The notes: generated by a model from the letters alone, not told the origin. Positions 1 through 18,134 are shown, counted from the first letter of the stretch. The stretch is 64,000 nucleotides of DNA from Dicyema japonicum (GCA_011109175.1 RDEW01000063.1:34920-98919); one strand, 5' to 3'. Made by a program: numbers and translations.

Positions 1-479
1 TTTGATAATATTACTGTGGGTTAGATTCTACACAAAATTAAGAGGATCATCTGTCATAACACCAAGTATAGTTTATTATCTGTCGCTAACAATCAAAAAT
101 GAGAAAATTTATCCTCACAGTTAAATTTCATAAGGCACATTTTACCTCACTAATGATAACAAGCCGTATGACATTATGTGGTGAAATGTGGCTAATTGAT
201 TAAAAAATATCTTCCTTCCCTCAAATGGCGTCAGGGAGACAATTTCGTTTCCTGGCGACGAGTTTTGTAATCACCCTCAATTCCCTGGACAACGTCCCCT
301 GGATCACTGTTCTTGGATGAAGGTTCTGTTTGAACACGTTAGGATCAAAGAATCAGTTAGTTTGGTTCTACCTTGTTTTTTTTAAATAATTTTATTTCTA
401 ATAACAGGTTACATCGTTGTAGAATCACGGAATCAAGACGTCCGGGAAGCCATGTTGAGAATACCTGAACCGTTAACTT

Positions 480-860
480 GTAAAATTGACTGACAATTAG
501 CCTTGATATATTCGTTACATCCATATTCACCTCAGACAATAAATATAAAGTCAATTGAAGTGGATGAGAAAGCATTACCATTTAAGGATGGAAAAAATCC
601 TGGGAGTGATCTTCGATGCATATATGTGTTTCTCACGGCATGTCGGAAATGTGAGAAAAAATAACCTGAAAAGCCTAAAGGGCTATGGAAATCGGGAACC
701 ATCCCGTACTGAAAACGCTTTACTCGCAATATATTGAGCCCTGTATTTCCTATACATGTGACTCATGAGTGCCTTCGATCTAATGCTCAGAAAATTGTTG
801 GAACGTGTTCAACAAATAACAATGCTCTTCTATTGTGTCTGAGATGGCTTAGTTAGTTGA
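480..860 (+). mobile_element. 3' fragment of I/Jockey-group non-LTR retrotransposon (RT thumb)
   Basis: ORF 555-737 reads KILGVIFDAYMCFSRHVGNV, matching ILGVTFD..M.FS.HV in other copies in the window; ends in TTAGTTAGTT (849-858). Confidence 0.7.
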
Positions 861-1084
861 ACATTCTATCTATTTTAACTCAGTGGTGCTGGGGTGATAA
901 TAATAAAGGTTATGTTCTATTGAAAATCTTGATACTCAGTAGAAATCTAGCAACTATTTTAGAGTCATCAATGAAGTCAGAATATAGTCAGTTTAGAGTT
1001 TAATAAATAATTTAAATAAAGTGTTTTTCTATTAAAAATCTATTATAATAGGCAAATATCGTAGAAACATAATTATTGTATTTC

Positions 1085-1222
1085 CACACGTGCGATTTTC
1101 AGATCAATCTTGTCCATCCTCCCCCTGTTACACGCCAAACTTCTCATAGAATCCAGATCCTTCCCACTTACGAGCCTCCGGTTGATTGCCTTGAGATCCT
1201 CATCCAACACTTCCGGTAAAAA
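1085..1222 (-). mobile_element. RTE non-LTR retrotransposon 3' end fragment
   Basis: Minus strand reads VLDEDLKAINRRLVSGKDLDSMRSLACNRGGWTRL, close to the 3' end of the 15940-18134 element. Confidence 0.8.
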
Positions 1223-1264
1223 TCTAACGTCTCGTAAAAAACACGAAGAGTGAATACAGAATAA

Positions 1265-1506
1265 AATAATACCTTAAAGCAAAGAAGTACACATGCCTCG
1301 GTGAGCAGTACACATTTGGACCAGTCGCAGTCGAAACTTCGGGAGTCATAGGAAGCAGGTCGTTAGCCCTGCTCAACAAAATTGGATCGTTAGTCGCTAA
1401 AAGGAAGAGGGATGTCAGAGAGAAGGGCTGGCTCATTGAGCGCATCTCCTTACAGATCGTAAGGGGAAATGCGCTCTCAATCCTGAGAGCTGCCAGTAGC
1501 CTTTAA
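1265..1506 (+). mobile_element. CRE-clade non-LTR retrotransposon, restriction-like endonuclease C-terminal fragment
   Basis: KKYTCLGEQYTFGPVAVETSGVIG...WLIERISLQIVRGNA. Confidence 0.8.
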
Positions 1507-1894
1507 CTATTTGGTTTTATTCTTCAATAAATTGTTATTGATTCTTGTATTAAAATCAATTTATTACGAAAAAAATTGAGCAAATGGTCATATAGTGGCC
1601 GCCCTGACTGCGTGGTTATTTCTTCTCAAGATAGCGAGATTTGCTCAAATAACCAGCAGGTCTTGCGGTATACTATTAAAAAATATTTATCAATTTATTC
1701 TTAAGTGCTAATTATAATAAGAATTGATGACTAATAATTTCAAAAAAAAAAATCTGCTGGTTATTTTCCCTGCAGTCCTGAGAGGGATATCAGTGAGCTC
1801 CAAATCTAATTTTTCGTGTAAATAAAAAAGTAATCAATAAATATAATTACGAAAAGTGAAATTATCAACAAATTAGTTTATAAACACAATCTGC

Positions 1895-6748
<4,854 letters not shown>

Positions 6749-7194
6749 TTCACTACAACATGAATATTTTTAAAGATAAAAATATAATAATTTTACAAAT
6801 TAATAAATTAATATTTAATTTTAAAATATATTAAAATTATTTTTTCCGGATTTTTGAGTAGTTGATTAATTAAATATGTTCATAGTAAATTACAACATGT
6901 ATATTACTCACATGGTTAAGACAAAACAAATTATTTATTTATTATTATTGGTATTATTGGTATTATCGATTAAATTATTATATTTGATTATTTCGACTAA
7001 GGCTTATTTTTGTTACGGCTGATAATATACTACGAAGATGAGCAAATGATATCACATATCTGATCACTAGTGACTTTTCCCCTATTTAGTGGATTTTTAT
7101 GAATCACGATTGTAAAATTAATTTATTAGGAAGGATTTTATTTTATATCCTTCATCATCAAGATATGAATAAGTTTTTTTACTTAGACTTGATA

Positions 7195-7330
7195 CTAATA
7201 GTGTAATAAGTTCCTAGCCGAATACCATGAAGTCCCCAGTTCGAATCTCACTGCTGTTCATTCGGTTGAAGTTTCCATGTATCTACGATACTTCTGAATT
7301 GACTAGTGACATTGTCATCAGTGTTTAATG
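7195..7330 (+). repeat. Degenerate copy of tRNA-derived SINE-like element
   Basis: B-box-like AGTTCGAATCTC followed by CTGCTGTTCA...ATCTACGAT...TGAC.AGTGAC...GTCATCAGTG, shared with 57912-58050. Confidence 0.7.
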
Positions 7331-7869
7331 TCGCATGCGATTACGGTTACACTAATAGCATGACTGTTCTTACTTCTTAAATGAAGTATGAGCTCTGCTT
7401 AAGCTGAGTTTTAATAATGGAAACATTACTACTCCTTTGCGGCAGGGCTGTTGTTGAAACAAATTACTTTAATATTTTTGATAAAAATTTGAGAAAACTT
7501 AAATCAAAAAATTAATTTATTTCATGCCAATTAATTCTAAGAATAAAGTTATGGATTCCATTCGTGATTAAATATTGAACCTTATTAATTTGATTATATT
7601 GACCGCCAAAAACGGCCACTGCATACGACCCTCAGGTTGCACCTCAAACCTGCAAAGAGAGGTTGTATTTAAGCAGGAAGATTTTTGAGAGAGGACTTAC
7701 TTCAGTCACTTTCAAAAGAGAACTGATGCTCTTCCAGTTCCATAAAAATCTGGGAAGGGTTGGCTATATATTTGAGGAGGTCGGGGATTCTGCGAGTAAT
7801 TAAATAAAGGAAATGCCATTTGGCTACTATCGCAGGACTTGTTCTTTTCTACGTCGGGGACATTATGTA

Positions 7870-8330
7870 ACCATTGCAAGAAGACTGTTGATCATTTTGT
7901 CACTCAGTGTACATATAGTCATGATTCACCGAATCCAAGTACTTTTTAATGTCTATCCACGCAGTGACCAAATTATTCCCGTTCTGCTGGTTGATGCATT
8001 GGTTTAATAGTGCCTCCTCCTTAGCCCCTTTGCACATCCTTCGTGTTCCTAATTGATTGTCACTGATAAGATTGTATGCCTCAATATAGTCTGATAATTT
8101 TCTGTACACACATTTCGTAACCAAATTGTATAGATTGGGCATACACGTAATTGGTCTTAGGTCCTTTGGGGTATGCCATGTGTCTTTCTTTTGGATGAGA
8201 TATGTGATTCCAATGTATAACCACTCATCTGGAGTATACTTTCCGTGTGCCTTGAGAATTCCAATTTTCTTTTGGATCTTTGCGGTTACCAGGTCCACCT
8301 AATGAATGAATGAAAGGAGGATCCATGATG
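7870..8330 (-). mobile_element. R4/Dong-like non-LTR reverse transcriptase fragment
   Basis: GITYLIQK...LRPITCMPNLY...NQLGTRRMCKGAKE...WIDIKKYLDSVNH. Confidence 0.75.
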
Positions 8331-8652
8331 ACTCCAAGTATTGAAATAGTCTTCTAATTTGGGTCGGGGAATCATACAATTTTATTTATGAGGTTACTCG
8401 CATTTCTTTTGATTCTTCCACATTGACGGAATCTTGTACTCGTTTATTTTGAGATTGAAAATTTGTGTTATAGTCACACCACGTAGAATTATAAATTTGT
8501 ATAGCTAATAATACTGATACAGTTGAATAATTAATACTATGGTCATTTCTCGTAGTGTTGATTTCTGGTCTTTAAAAAGTTGTAAAAATAGTAATTAATA
8601 TTTATTAATAAAAATAACCAAGATTATGTAAGCGTTAACAAAAAACAAAAAA

Positions 8653-9591
8653 TTATGTGAATTTAGAGATTTCATCATTCCTTGTAATCATAGCTTTTAC
8701 GCATTTATCAATTAAATCATTGAATCCCCCTTCATCCAATACATTTAACCCAGCTTCCGTGGTCCCCTTTGGTACTTTGATAGACTGAATCAGTTTTTGT
8801 GTATCATAGTTATTTTCCATTAATAATTTGGCTGCATTCAACATTGTAGATGTGCAGGCATTGACAGCTACATGATCAGGGTACCCTTCAGTAGTCACGG
8901 CACGTTTTAATGCGTCGACTAAGTAAATAAACTTTATATAACAGAAAATAATTACGACACAGATGGAAGAACCAGAGGAAGCGATTACATTCCCAATCAG
9001 ATGTTCATCTACCACTTGAACTGTTCCTACAGCTTCGAAAATCCACTAAATTAGAGATTTCGACTATACTTTAGAAACTTGTAATCCCCAAGAAGACACA
9101 TGGTCTTTGTTGTAAGAAAAACCTGTAAACGAAGAACACATATAAGCGGCGACAGAAGGCATAGTTCTGAATACATTCAAAGGTTTTCTAGCATCGTCAG
9201 TTTTAAGGACCAAAATAAACAATTAAAAAACATATTCCATTGACTCAATTGTTATTCCAGCAGCAGTAGATATGATTATTGTAGAGGAGGGTATACTTTT
9301 TAACATTGAGATTATATCCGAGGGACGGACACAGAGGATTATAACATTACAGCTGTTTTTTATTTCTTCATTTGTGGCATAACTAATTCCAAGATTCTTT
9401 AAATATTAATTGTGGGCATTACTGTGGCTTTATAACTTGTCTTAGGAGATGAAGTGGAAGCCTTAAGTTGGTTTGGATGCAGAATTCCTTGAATATTTAA
9501 TAGTTTTACCGCTTTTTAATATTCCTTTAATAATTGACTGCGCTATTTCTCCACAGCCAATAAAACCAACTGTGACATCTTGGAATTGCAT
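8653..9591 (-). CDS. PYCR: Pyrroline-5-carboxylate reductase (divergent), 5 tiny introns
   Basis: VGFIGCGEIA Rossmann motif, IILCVRP, ISTAAGITI, FRTMPS, KGTTEAGLNVLDEGG; stop TAA at the usual C-terminal position. Confidence 0.85.
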
Positions 9592-9699
9592 TCTAATTTT
9601 TTTAAATAAATATTTATTTAAGTTGATTATAATTAATTTTCTAATTTGTATTCCTACTAGAAGATTCCCAAACAAATGCTTAGAAAGGAGATTTTGATT

Positions 9700-10340
9700 G
9701 GAATTGATGCATCAATCAAGAAATATATTTATTCCTTGCCTAGATTGGATATTAACGATATCACTGATATCATATATGCTTGGCAGTGCACGCATAGGCC
9801 TCTTACCAAGAAGAATGTCTATGAAAGACAAACTCACTAAACTTAGCAAACAACTTGAGCAAATTCGGGAAGAAGCAATTTGACAAAGAAATACGTAATA
9901 CTGTAAACCGAAAATTCCCAAATCACGACAGATCTTTGGTTTGTTAATGGACTCTCTTAGTCAAATTTCCGAAAGTAATGATGGCAACTCCGGAAATGGA
10001 GAACCAACGTATACGACTAATCACCTATTTATGGACGATATAAAGTTGTTTTCTCGCCATAGTCACTCAATGGAAATGATGTTGGAGGAAGTTGAATCGT
10101 TTTTTGATGCAGCCGGGTTGGAGAGAAACTTTGACAAATCTGCAACAAACTTCCTTGTCCGAGAAAGCTCGTTTCCTCGATGGATTGGATGGACAACGAT
10201 ATCTGGGAGTTATTGAAGATAAGAACAGTAATGTTCTTAAAGGAGAAATTATGGATAAAATCTATGAAGAAACATCTACGCAGATCAAAAATTTGACAGA
10301 CGGAATTCAACTCAGTATGTAGTCTCTCTATAACTATTAT
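9700..10340 (+). mobile_element. R4/Dong-like RT fragment (FMDD catalytic motif)
   Basis: TNHLFMDDIKLFS...FFDAAGLERNFDKSATN...RYLGVIED, frameshifted. Confidence 0.7.
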
Positions 10341-10399
10341 ATTGGATCGGTACCCCTTATCCATGAAATCCATCCAAATACATATCTACTTAATTAAGC

Positions 10400-10900
10400 A
10401 TCTTGATTCGAATATCCTCATTTACCGGCCTGACAAGTTTGTTCTCTTCCTCTGTCAGGCCTTCATACAATTTCTTCCCGAAGGCTAGTTTTATTGCCGC
10501 TCGCCGGGTTTTCTCTAGTCGGACGAGAATCCTTTCTCTCGAGGGGGTGTAGAACTATCCCTCGCTTCCGTAAATAAGTCTAGGAAGAATCACATTCCGA
10601 AAGACAAATAGCATGGAATCAACGTCCAACTTTTGTCTTTTAGTACAGAACAGTGCTTGCAAAGCCTTCTTCCTTCGCCCTTCGATGTCCCTCAGGTATG
10701 ACTCTCCCATCGACTGAAATCCCCAGGTATTTCATAGATGAAACTCTCGATATACGAAGAGTGTAGGGCTCTTCCTGATGCCTACCCGACCTGTTTATCC
10801 TCAAGTAACTGGATTTTTCCGTGGAGAGTTTCATGTCTCTCCGATCGCACCAACCCTGGACTAATGACAGCCTATGAAGAGCGGAAATACTACGGGTCAT
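10400..10900 (-). mobile_element. CR1/L2/Jockey-type RT C-terminal fragment
   Basis: WCDRRDMKLSTEKSSYLRI...SMKYLGISVD and FRNVILPRLIYGS...RLEKTRRAAIK. Confidence 0.6.
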
Positions 10901-11269
10901 TAATTCAAAGAAAACACACAGAATTCATTTCCCGAAAGTACAACATTGAAAATGTGAAGGACTTGTCTAAATTGATGGAAAAACAGTATGAATATCTCTG
11001 GAAAAATTGAGAAGAAACCGCAGCAATCTATTTATTTCAGTGTTTGAAAGACACAGAAGTGAATACAACACTCCCTGTAATCGATCGTAACATGTCTCCG
11101 ATAACGGAGAAATTAAGTACGGAAATCGTATTCAGTAAAGAAGACAACTCAAAAATGACCTTGCAACTATGTGTGAGAGAATGCTAAATAGCTCGTGTTT
11201 AAGTGATCAGTATCAGCACAGAGCAAGCTGGAATTTTATTTCGACTCGTTGCGACTCGGAATTGCATCG

Positions 11270-11600
11270 TTTGCTGCCAGTAGCAGCAGATGGCTCGATG
11301 GACTGGGCCAGGCCATATCAGGGATCTGACGTCTGCTCCTACAGCCGAGGCTGGACATAATCTCGTCAAGTCGATCACTAATCTTATCTACCGTATAATC
11401 AATGGAAATATTCCATCAAATGCACGGGACCTTCTCTTCTTTGGCCACCTACTGGCATTCAAAAAGAATGATGGAGGTGTCCGTCCTATTGCAGTTGGCA
11501 ACTATTTCCGAAGATTAGCTGCGAAAATTGCTTCCAGACTTGTTTTCCAAGGATCAATGAAGAATTATCCCTAATCCAACTGGGTGTAGGCGTACATATG
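11270..11600 (+). mobile_element. CRE-clade RT fragment
   Basis: LLAFKKNDGGVRPIAVGNYFRRLAAK...IQLGVG. Confidence 0.85.
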
Positions 11601-11889
11601 GAAGGCTCAGTGTAGGTAATGAAAAGCAAACTCATTAATAATTAGAAATTAAATCGAGAACGCATTTCCCCTGACGATTTGCAAGGAAATACGCTCGATT
11701 AGACAGCTTTTTTCTCTTCCATCATTTTTCCTCTTCGCAATGAGAGATCCGATTCTGTCCAACAGGGTCAGTGAACTTTATTATCTTTATTAATAATACA
11801 AAATAAATAGTTAATACAGTGGCCATGAATGACCTTATTTACCACTTAACCAAAATGGCGACATACAACCTAATCTGGGACTCGACTCT

Positions 11890-13170
11890 ACACTGATTAT
11901 TCTACAATTCAATGTAAATGGAATCCACAATAAAGTGTTGAAACTACGCTCCCTATTATCCCATTTGAAAGTGGAAGTTGCCATCATTCAAATATCTAAG
12001 CTCTCTAGAACATCTCCAATTGTTTTCCTGGATATTCTGTACTTCGCAAGGACCAGACAAGAAGTCTCGAAGGAGGATTATTGACTATCGTTAAGGATGG
12101 ACTTAAATTTACAGATGTCACCCCATTTGTATCTTCTCTCCGGGAAGGGGATTTTATTCTGGAATAGATTTCTATTGAAGCTTCCTTTTCTCCGACGAGA
12201 TGTTTTACACTGTGCAATGTCTATATCCAGCCTCAGGGGTCATGTGCTACTTCCTATATCCCCAACCTATTGAGATTGTGTGGACTAAAGGATCTGCTAC
12301 TATGCGGAGACTTAAATGCCAAACATCCGCTCTGGCTCCGGTCACAATCAGCCGACAATCGCGGAGAGTACATACTATCTATACTATACGAATTAAAAAT
12401 TCTCAATAATCCAAATTCCCATACTCCGAAGAGGGGACAGCCCAACATCTGACTTGTCATATGTATTCCTTTCTTGCTTGATATCGTTCCTTGGATGTTC
12501 GTTATGGTTTTAAAAGCGACCATAACTCAATTGTGATGAGACTCAAAAGATCTATTTGTTGGCCAAGATGTTCTGCAAAGTTCAAGAACTATTCGAAGGC
12601 TAACTGGATAGGTTACAGCACGTTTTGGAGAGTTGTTTATTAAGCTTAGCTGTTGAAGACTTTGTTATTGACAAGGGAGCTAAGATATTAACTTCGATAA
12701 TCCTGAGAGCCACATAATGTTTATTTCCTGATCGTCTACAAAACATTCAATCCGAAACTATCTAAAGGCATCATGACACTTATCAAGAAACTGGATGCAT
12801 TGAAGAAAACCGGATTGCAAACAAATTCCTATATATCGTCCATATGCACTATAAATTACAGAATTTCGCAACTAATCCGTGCTAACCACAGACATAAGTG
12901 GAGCAGGCTTGTTGGTCGACTATGCTACAGAAATTCGTGTGACATCGACAGTGTCTGTACTATTCACCTCAAGCACCTATGACCTCGGCACATATCGTGT
13001 TACCGAGGCTATACAACTATTCTATCAATTCCTATACAATACCTAATATATGGAAGAATTCACTGATTACACCAATTCTCAAGCCTGGAAAATCAAACGA
13101 CATTCCATCCTCTTACATGTTTCTATAACTTAGGTCATGTCAAAAGTATTGGAAAGCTTGTATTAATGTT
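11890..13170 (+). mobile_element. Decayed I/Jockey-group element: AP endonuclease and RT start
   Basis: ILQFNVNGI, GGLLTIVK, CGDLNAKHPLW, LPNIWKNSLITPILKP; many stops and frameshifts. Confidence 0.75.
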
Positions 13171-13299
13171 AATCTTCCCTGTTCTACAATTATCCAGATT
13201 TTAAGGCTTAGTTAATGAAGACGTCGCACAAAAGCAAAATAATATTGATTTCATTCTATAATAAATAGATCAGAAAGTTGCATTAATATTAATTATATT

Positions 13300-14030
13300 G
13301 GTTGAGGTGGTGCCTCTATTACACAAATGTCTGAAACGCACTTAAAGCGTTTGGAGGAGCTTAAAATAACATCTTTCTATGTAAGAGGGATCAGCAAGGA
13401 ATGGAAAAGAAACCTGTTATGTTCGGATCTGGGGAGATATGGTGCAGACGTGGGATGCCTAAAAGAGACAAAAGTACAGGCTGGAATGGACAATCTACAT
13501 GGAGACTATAGACTCATTTTACTACCATCGTCATCAAGACACTATGATAGGGTTTTGCCGTGCACAAGAAACGTGTTCGTGGGATACGTCGGTGTTGGAG
13601 TGTTAACGACAGAATCAGCATACTACAAATACGGGTTGGGATCAAACGCACGTCGAGGACCCTTTTTTAAATTATAAATGTTTATGCACCCCACAGTGAC
13701 GGATCGCCAAAGATTCAGACGAATTTGACCCTTTCTACGTGCAACTGTCGAGGACATATGCCGAACTGGAATCATCTTTTCTAGTCTTCATTGCCGGAGA
13801 CTGGAATTCTAAAGCAGGAGTACGTCGGGAACATGAGTTGACTATCGGGAAACACGGAAAAGGGATCAGGAACCTGCCGGGACTGTGCTGATAAATTTCT
13901 GTCGGTAATTGGCTGACTATGATAAATTTCTGTCGGTAATTCATCGCTATGTAAATCAAGGAACCACGTGGGCGGGTTTCTAGATAGAAGAGGTCGAAAT
14001 TTTGATTTTTTATATTATAGTTAAAAGCCT
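13300..14030 (+). mobile_element. RTE element 5' end (AP endonuclease), decayed
   Basis: SFYVRGI, CLKETK, NVYAPH, AGDWNSKAG; preceded by 5' motif GGTTGAGGTGGTG. Confidence 0.8.
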
Positions 14031-14312
14031 GCAATGTATTATTGGGGGATTAATTTGGTTGTTACAAGCACAATTAATAAAATAAATAACTCTGTCAGTA
14101 TTCATCTAAATACGACGATGAACAATAAAATTGGCCAGTTTTCTTTAGTGCTGAGGACAGTATTCATCTCTATCTTTAACACAATAGTAATGGTTGCATG
14201 TAATTGTGCTTCTTTTAACTGATAAAGTAGCTTATAATCTGGTGATAATGTCCTTGAAATCTTTTGTACTTTATCGTCATTACTATAAAGTGATATTCTT
14301 ATATCTTGACAG

Positions 14313-15620
14313 AATGGCTTTGCAATTTGTAATGAGTGACAGAAGTAAGAGAAAACTTGCATTACAAGATAATCCACATACTGTTGCGACTGAAGTGTTT
14401 GTGGGTTTGCCACTGAAGGGGTCTACCGACTACCATCAGCTTCTTTAATTAAAGAAATTCAAGAAATTTAAAAGATCAAGCTCCTCCCAATCCACTTAAC
14501 ATAGACCTGTTAAAAATACCTCCAGAATACAAATACTCTTATGAAAAATGAATTAAACAACAAGTTATGGAATAGGTATCTATCAGTCCGCCGGTTGGCC
14601 TGGACTGTTCATCCAGGTACCCCTTTCCCTTGTTAACCATCCATTTGCTGGTCTAAGCAGTTACACATCCTAATTTCATCTCCAGAACGTTGTAGGTACA
14701 AAGCCAGTACGCCTATCTTCAGTTAGTTCTCCTTTTGTAGGTCCTTTCCCCATTATGTACTTACACAGTAGTCCCAACCCGTCCTGTAGGGATCAATGAT
14801 GTGGTTAACAAAGTCCCGTGTAGATCCCAATTCGAATGTAGGGAACAATTGGTGTGGGTACTAGATCCAACTTGGAAAATGTCCGTTAATGTGCAAAAGA
14901 ACGGAAGAAATCTATAACAAAAAGTTTTTTTTCTGAATTAAAATCATTGGAGCCATCGTTATCAGCTAGGACAATTATGACTGATTTCGAAAAAGCAGCT
15001 ATAAATGGATTGAATATTATATTTCCTGATGGTATTACGAAGGGCTGTTTCTTTCATTTGTCCCAATCCATATTTAGATGCATCTAATCACAGGGACTAC
15101 AATTATTATATCAGAGAGATTCAGAATTCGCTTTGAAAATGCGCATAATTGCGCCGCTCGCATTTGTCCCCACATTAAATGTTGTTCATTATTTTGAACA
15201 TTTGTGCGATTACAACAGTTTCCCAGAAAAAAGCTCAACCTGTACTGGATTATGTAGAAGATATTTGGATATGACGTCCCGACCGCCGTCAAGTATGTCG
15301 TTGTCCACGTTTTGCCCATGAATCGTGGAATTGTTTTGAAGCAGCGAGAGTTGCTGGGTCTATAACAAATAACTCTTGCGAAGGATGGCATCATTCTTTT
15401 AATTCTTTAATTGGAGCGTGTCATCCTACTATTTGGAAGTTTATTGATGTTTTGAAGAAAGAACAACCAAGAAATAAAACTAAAATTGAACAGTATATTG
15501 CTGGTGGGGAAGGTCCTACACAAAAGAAAAAAATACAGAGATAATGCTTAAGAATTCAACGCATTGTAAATGACTTCGATAATCGCGAAATTCTTGACTA
15601 TTTAAAAGGCATTGCCTAAT
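14313..15620 (+). mobile_element. MULE (Mutator-like) transposase remnant
   Basis: IMTDFEKAAING...GCFFHLSQSI, LAFVP, TNNSCEGWHHSFN, HPTIWKFIDVLKKEQ; FLYWCH-like start near 14313 is tentative. Confidence 0.85.
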
Positions 15621-15939
15621 TTAGCATTTTAGAAATTAACACAATGTTTTTGTTAATAATTGTTATAAACTTGTTTTCAAAAAATTATATTATCATAAAT
15701 ATTAACTTAAAGGTTGACCTTTAATTTTAATCAATAATCAGTAAGATAATCAATAATTTTTCTATCAATTTTTCTATCACTTTAACCAATACACTCAATT
15801 TAACACTATTTGGAGAATTGAAGTTGTCAATTTTCTTCTATCTTGGGGATCTGGCCACGTGACTCGTTTCGTCAAATTAATCGCCAAAATCACATTTTAA
15901 TAATAATATTAAAAATAAAAATTTCGACCTCTTCCTTCA

Positions 15940-18134
15940 AGAACCCACGTGGTCGCTTGGATTTACCGGCGATGAATTTACCGGCAAGGTCATACGGAGG
16001 GGCCGTCGTGGAAAGCGACCACAAGATCGTCGTAGCCCTGTTTGATATTACAAGTGGCACGCACTTCAGGAACAAAGCCACCTCAGGTTATACGGAGAGG
16101 ATGCCTAGTCGAGAGATTATGTTTTTCACATTTCACTAGAAATATCTATCGAGCATCTATGGAACATTATCTACAGCAATAGAGACAGGCCTTCTACCGA
16201 GAGTCACTTGGACGCATACAATGGAAAGAATTCACATGGCTGCAGACGAACACATTGGGAGGCGGCCGCACAACGCACGAGGTACCGAGCAGGGCCACCC
16301 CGATGTTCCCGCACTAGCTGCAAAACAGAAGGATCTTCGACTATCGCTTAAAACATGACTACATAGACAGGAAATGCTTTTACAGTCGGAACGTACCAGG
16401 ATACAAAGAAAAATCAGAAAATTAAAAAGTGAACATGTTGCAAACGTTTTGGATGCCAGGCTAAAGAAAGTGGAGAATCTAAAGATTGTGCGCAGATGTT
16501 CTTGGCAATGCGCCTGCTTAAGAGGAGGAACCAAAAGGGCAAACTAAAAATTTAGGATAACAAAGGGAATATGATTTTTGACGCTACGGAACAAGCCGAA
16601 CTTATTGCTGCTCATTTTGAACGACTCTTTGACGTTGACGGGGAAAAGGTGGACCTAATCACTGGTAATGCAGGAAATCTTGTAAATGAAATCACGGTGG
16701 GAGAAGTTATGAAAGCAATAGAGAGACTGAAGTGCAATCGCTCGTCAGGACCGGATGGCATAAGTGCTGAGTTAATGAAGTACGGCCCAAAACCCTAGTG
16801 GAAATTGTGGCCAAAGTATTAAACAAAATGTTTGCAACTAAAGACCTTCTTCCGTTGAGCAAAGGAATTCTAGTGCCGATTCAAAAGCTAAATAAAAGGG
16901 CGGGCCTTGTGGAAAACCTGTGCCCAGTCATCCTACTCAATACGCTAAGAAAGGTCCTTGCTCTGGTGATGCTGGATCGTGTGCAAGAGCCTGTGAATGA
17001 ATTCCTGTCATCGAGCCACAGTGGATTCAGGACAGGCAGATCTACCGCTGATGTGGTCTGGGCATAGGTAGCGTTGTGCCACTTACCAAAGATTTGAGAG
17101 TGCGACTACAAGTTTGGGGATCGACATGTCGAGAGTTTTCGACACAATTCGCCGAGGAAAGCTTATTGATGTTTTACGGGGATTCCTTAATAGGGATTTT
17201 GTCAGGATGATAGAAGTTTTATTGTCGAACACAGAACTGACGGTACGAGATGGGAGTACGTCGTCTAGAAATTTTTCGACGACTGTGGGTACCCCCCAGG
17301 GGGATTTCCTTTCCCCTTTGCTGATTGTGGTATCCCTGGAGGTAGCGTGGTCTTAGAAGTTTTTATAATGGTCAAATCACCGAAATTATATACGCTGATG
17401 ATGTGGATTTTGTATCGGAAGATAAAGCAGCCTTGAGGCGGTTACTTGACGTTCCCCCTGCAGAGCTTGAGAAATAGTTTCTTAGTGTGAAAACAACTAA
17501 AACTAAAATTGTGGAAATCGTACGCGTGGGATCAAGATTGGAAGAGAGAAGACGTTTCAGAAAGCTCAGCTCCCTCCTCGGAGACAGTGAGGACATAACC
17601 CGGAGGAAAGTACTATCGACGGTCGCAATGAACAGGATGAAGACGGATTGGTTGGCTAAAAGACCGGTAACGGTCGCGCTTCGTTTGCGCCTCTATAATG
17701 CTTTCTTGAAGCCGGTCCTGCTATATAACTCTTCCTGCTAGGGGATCTCGTTCTCAGAAACCAAAAATCTTAACTCCTTCCACCGAAGGCAATTACAAAT
17801 ACTATGCGGGGTACAATGGCCGACACGGATCAACAATGAGCTCAACGCGACCTGTGACTTGGGATGTGATGTGGCCCGACGGAGACTGTTTGGACACGTC
17901 CTACGGATGGACCCCACATCACCTGTAAATTTGGCAATGGATGAATATTTCGCTGCAAGGGCAAAGAAATATCGGAGGCGTCTGCGTACTACGCTACTGG
18001 GGGTGCTGGATGAGGATTTCAAGGTAATCAACCGGGGGCTCGTAAGTAAGGAGGATCTGGATACTATGAAAAGTTTGGCGTGTAACAAGGGAGGATGGAC
18101 GAGATTGTTCAGAAAAAATCGCTTTAAGTGCTGA
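15940..18134 (+). mobile_element. RTE non-LTR retrotransposon, endonuclease end through RT to 3' end, decayed
   Basis: ESDHKIV, SSGPDGISAELMKYG, SGFRTGRSTADV, GIDMSRVFD, GTPQGD.LSP, YADD, RRRLFGHVLRMD. Confidence 0.9.
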
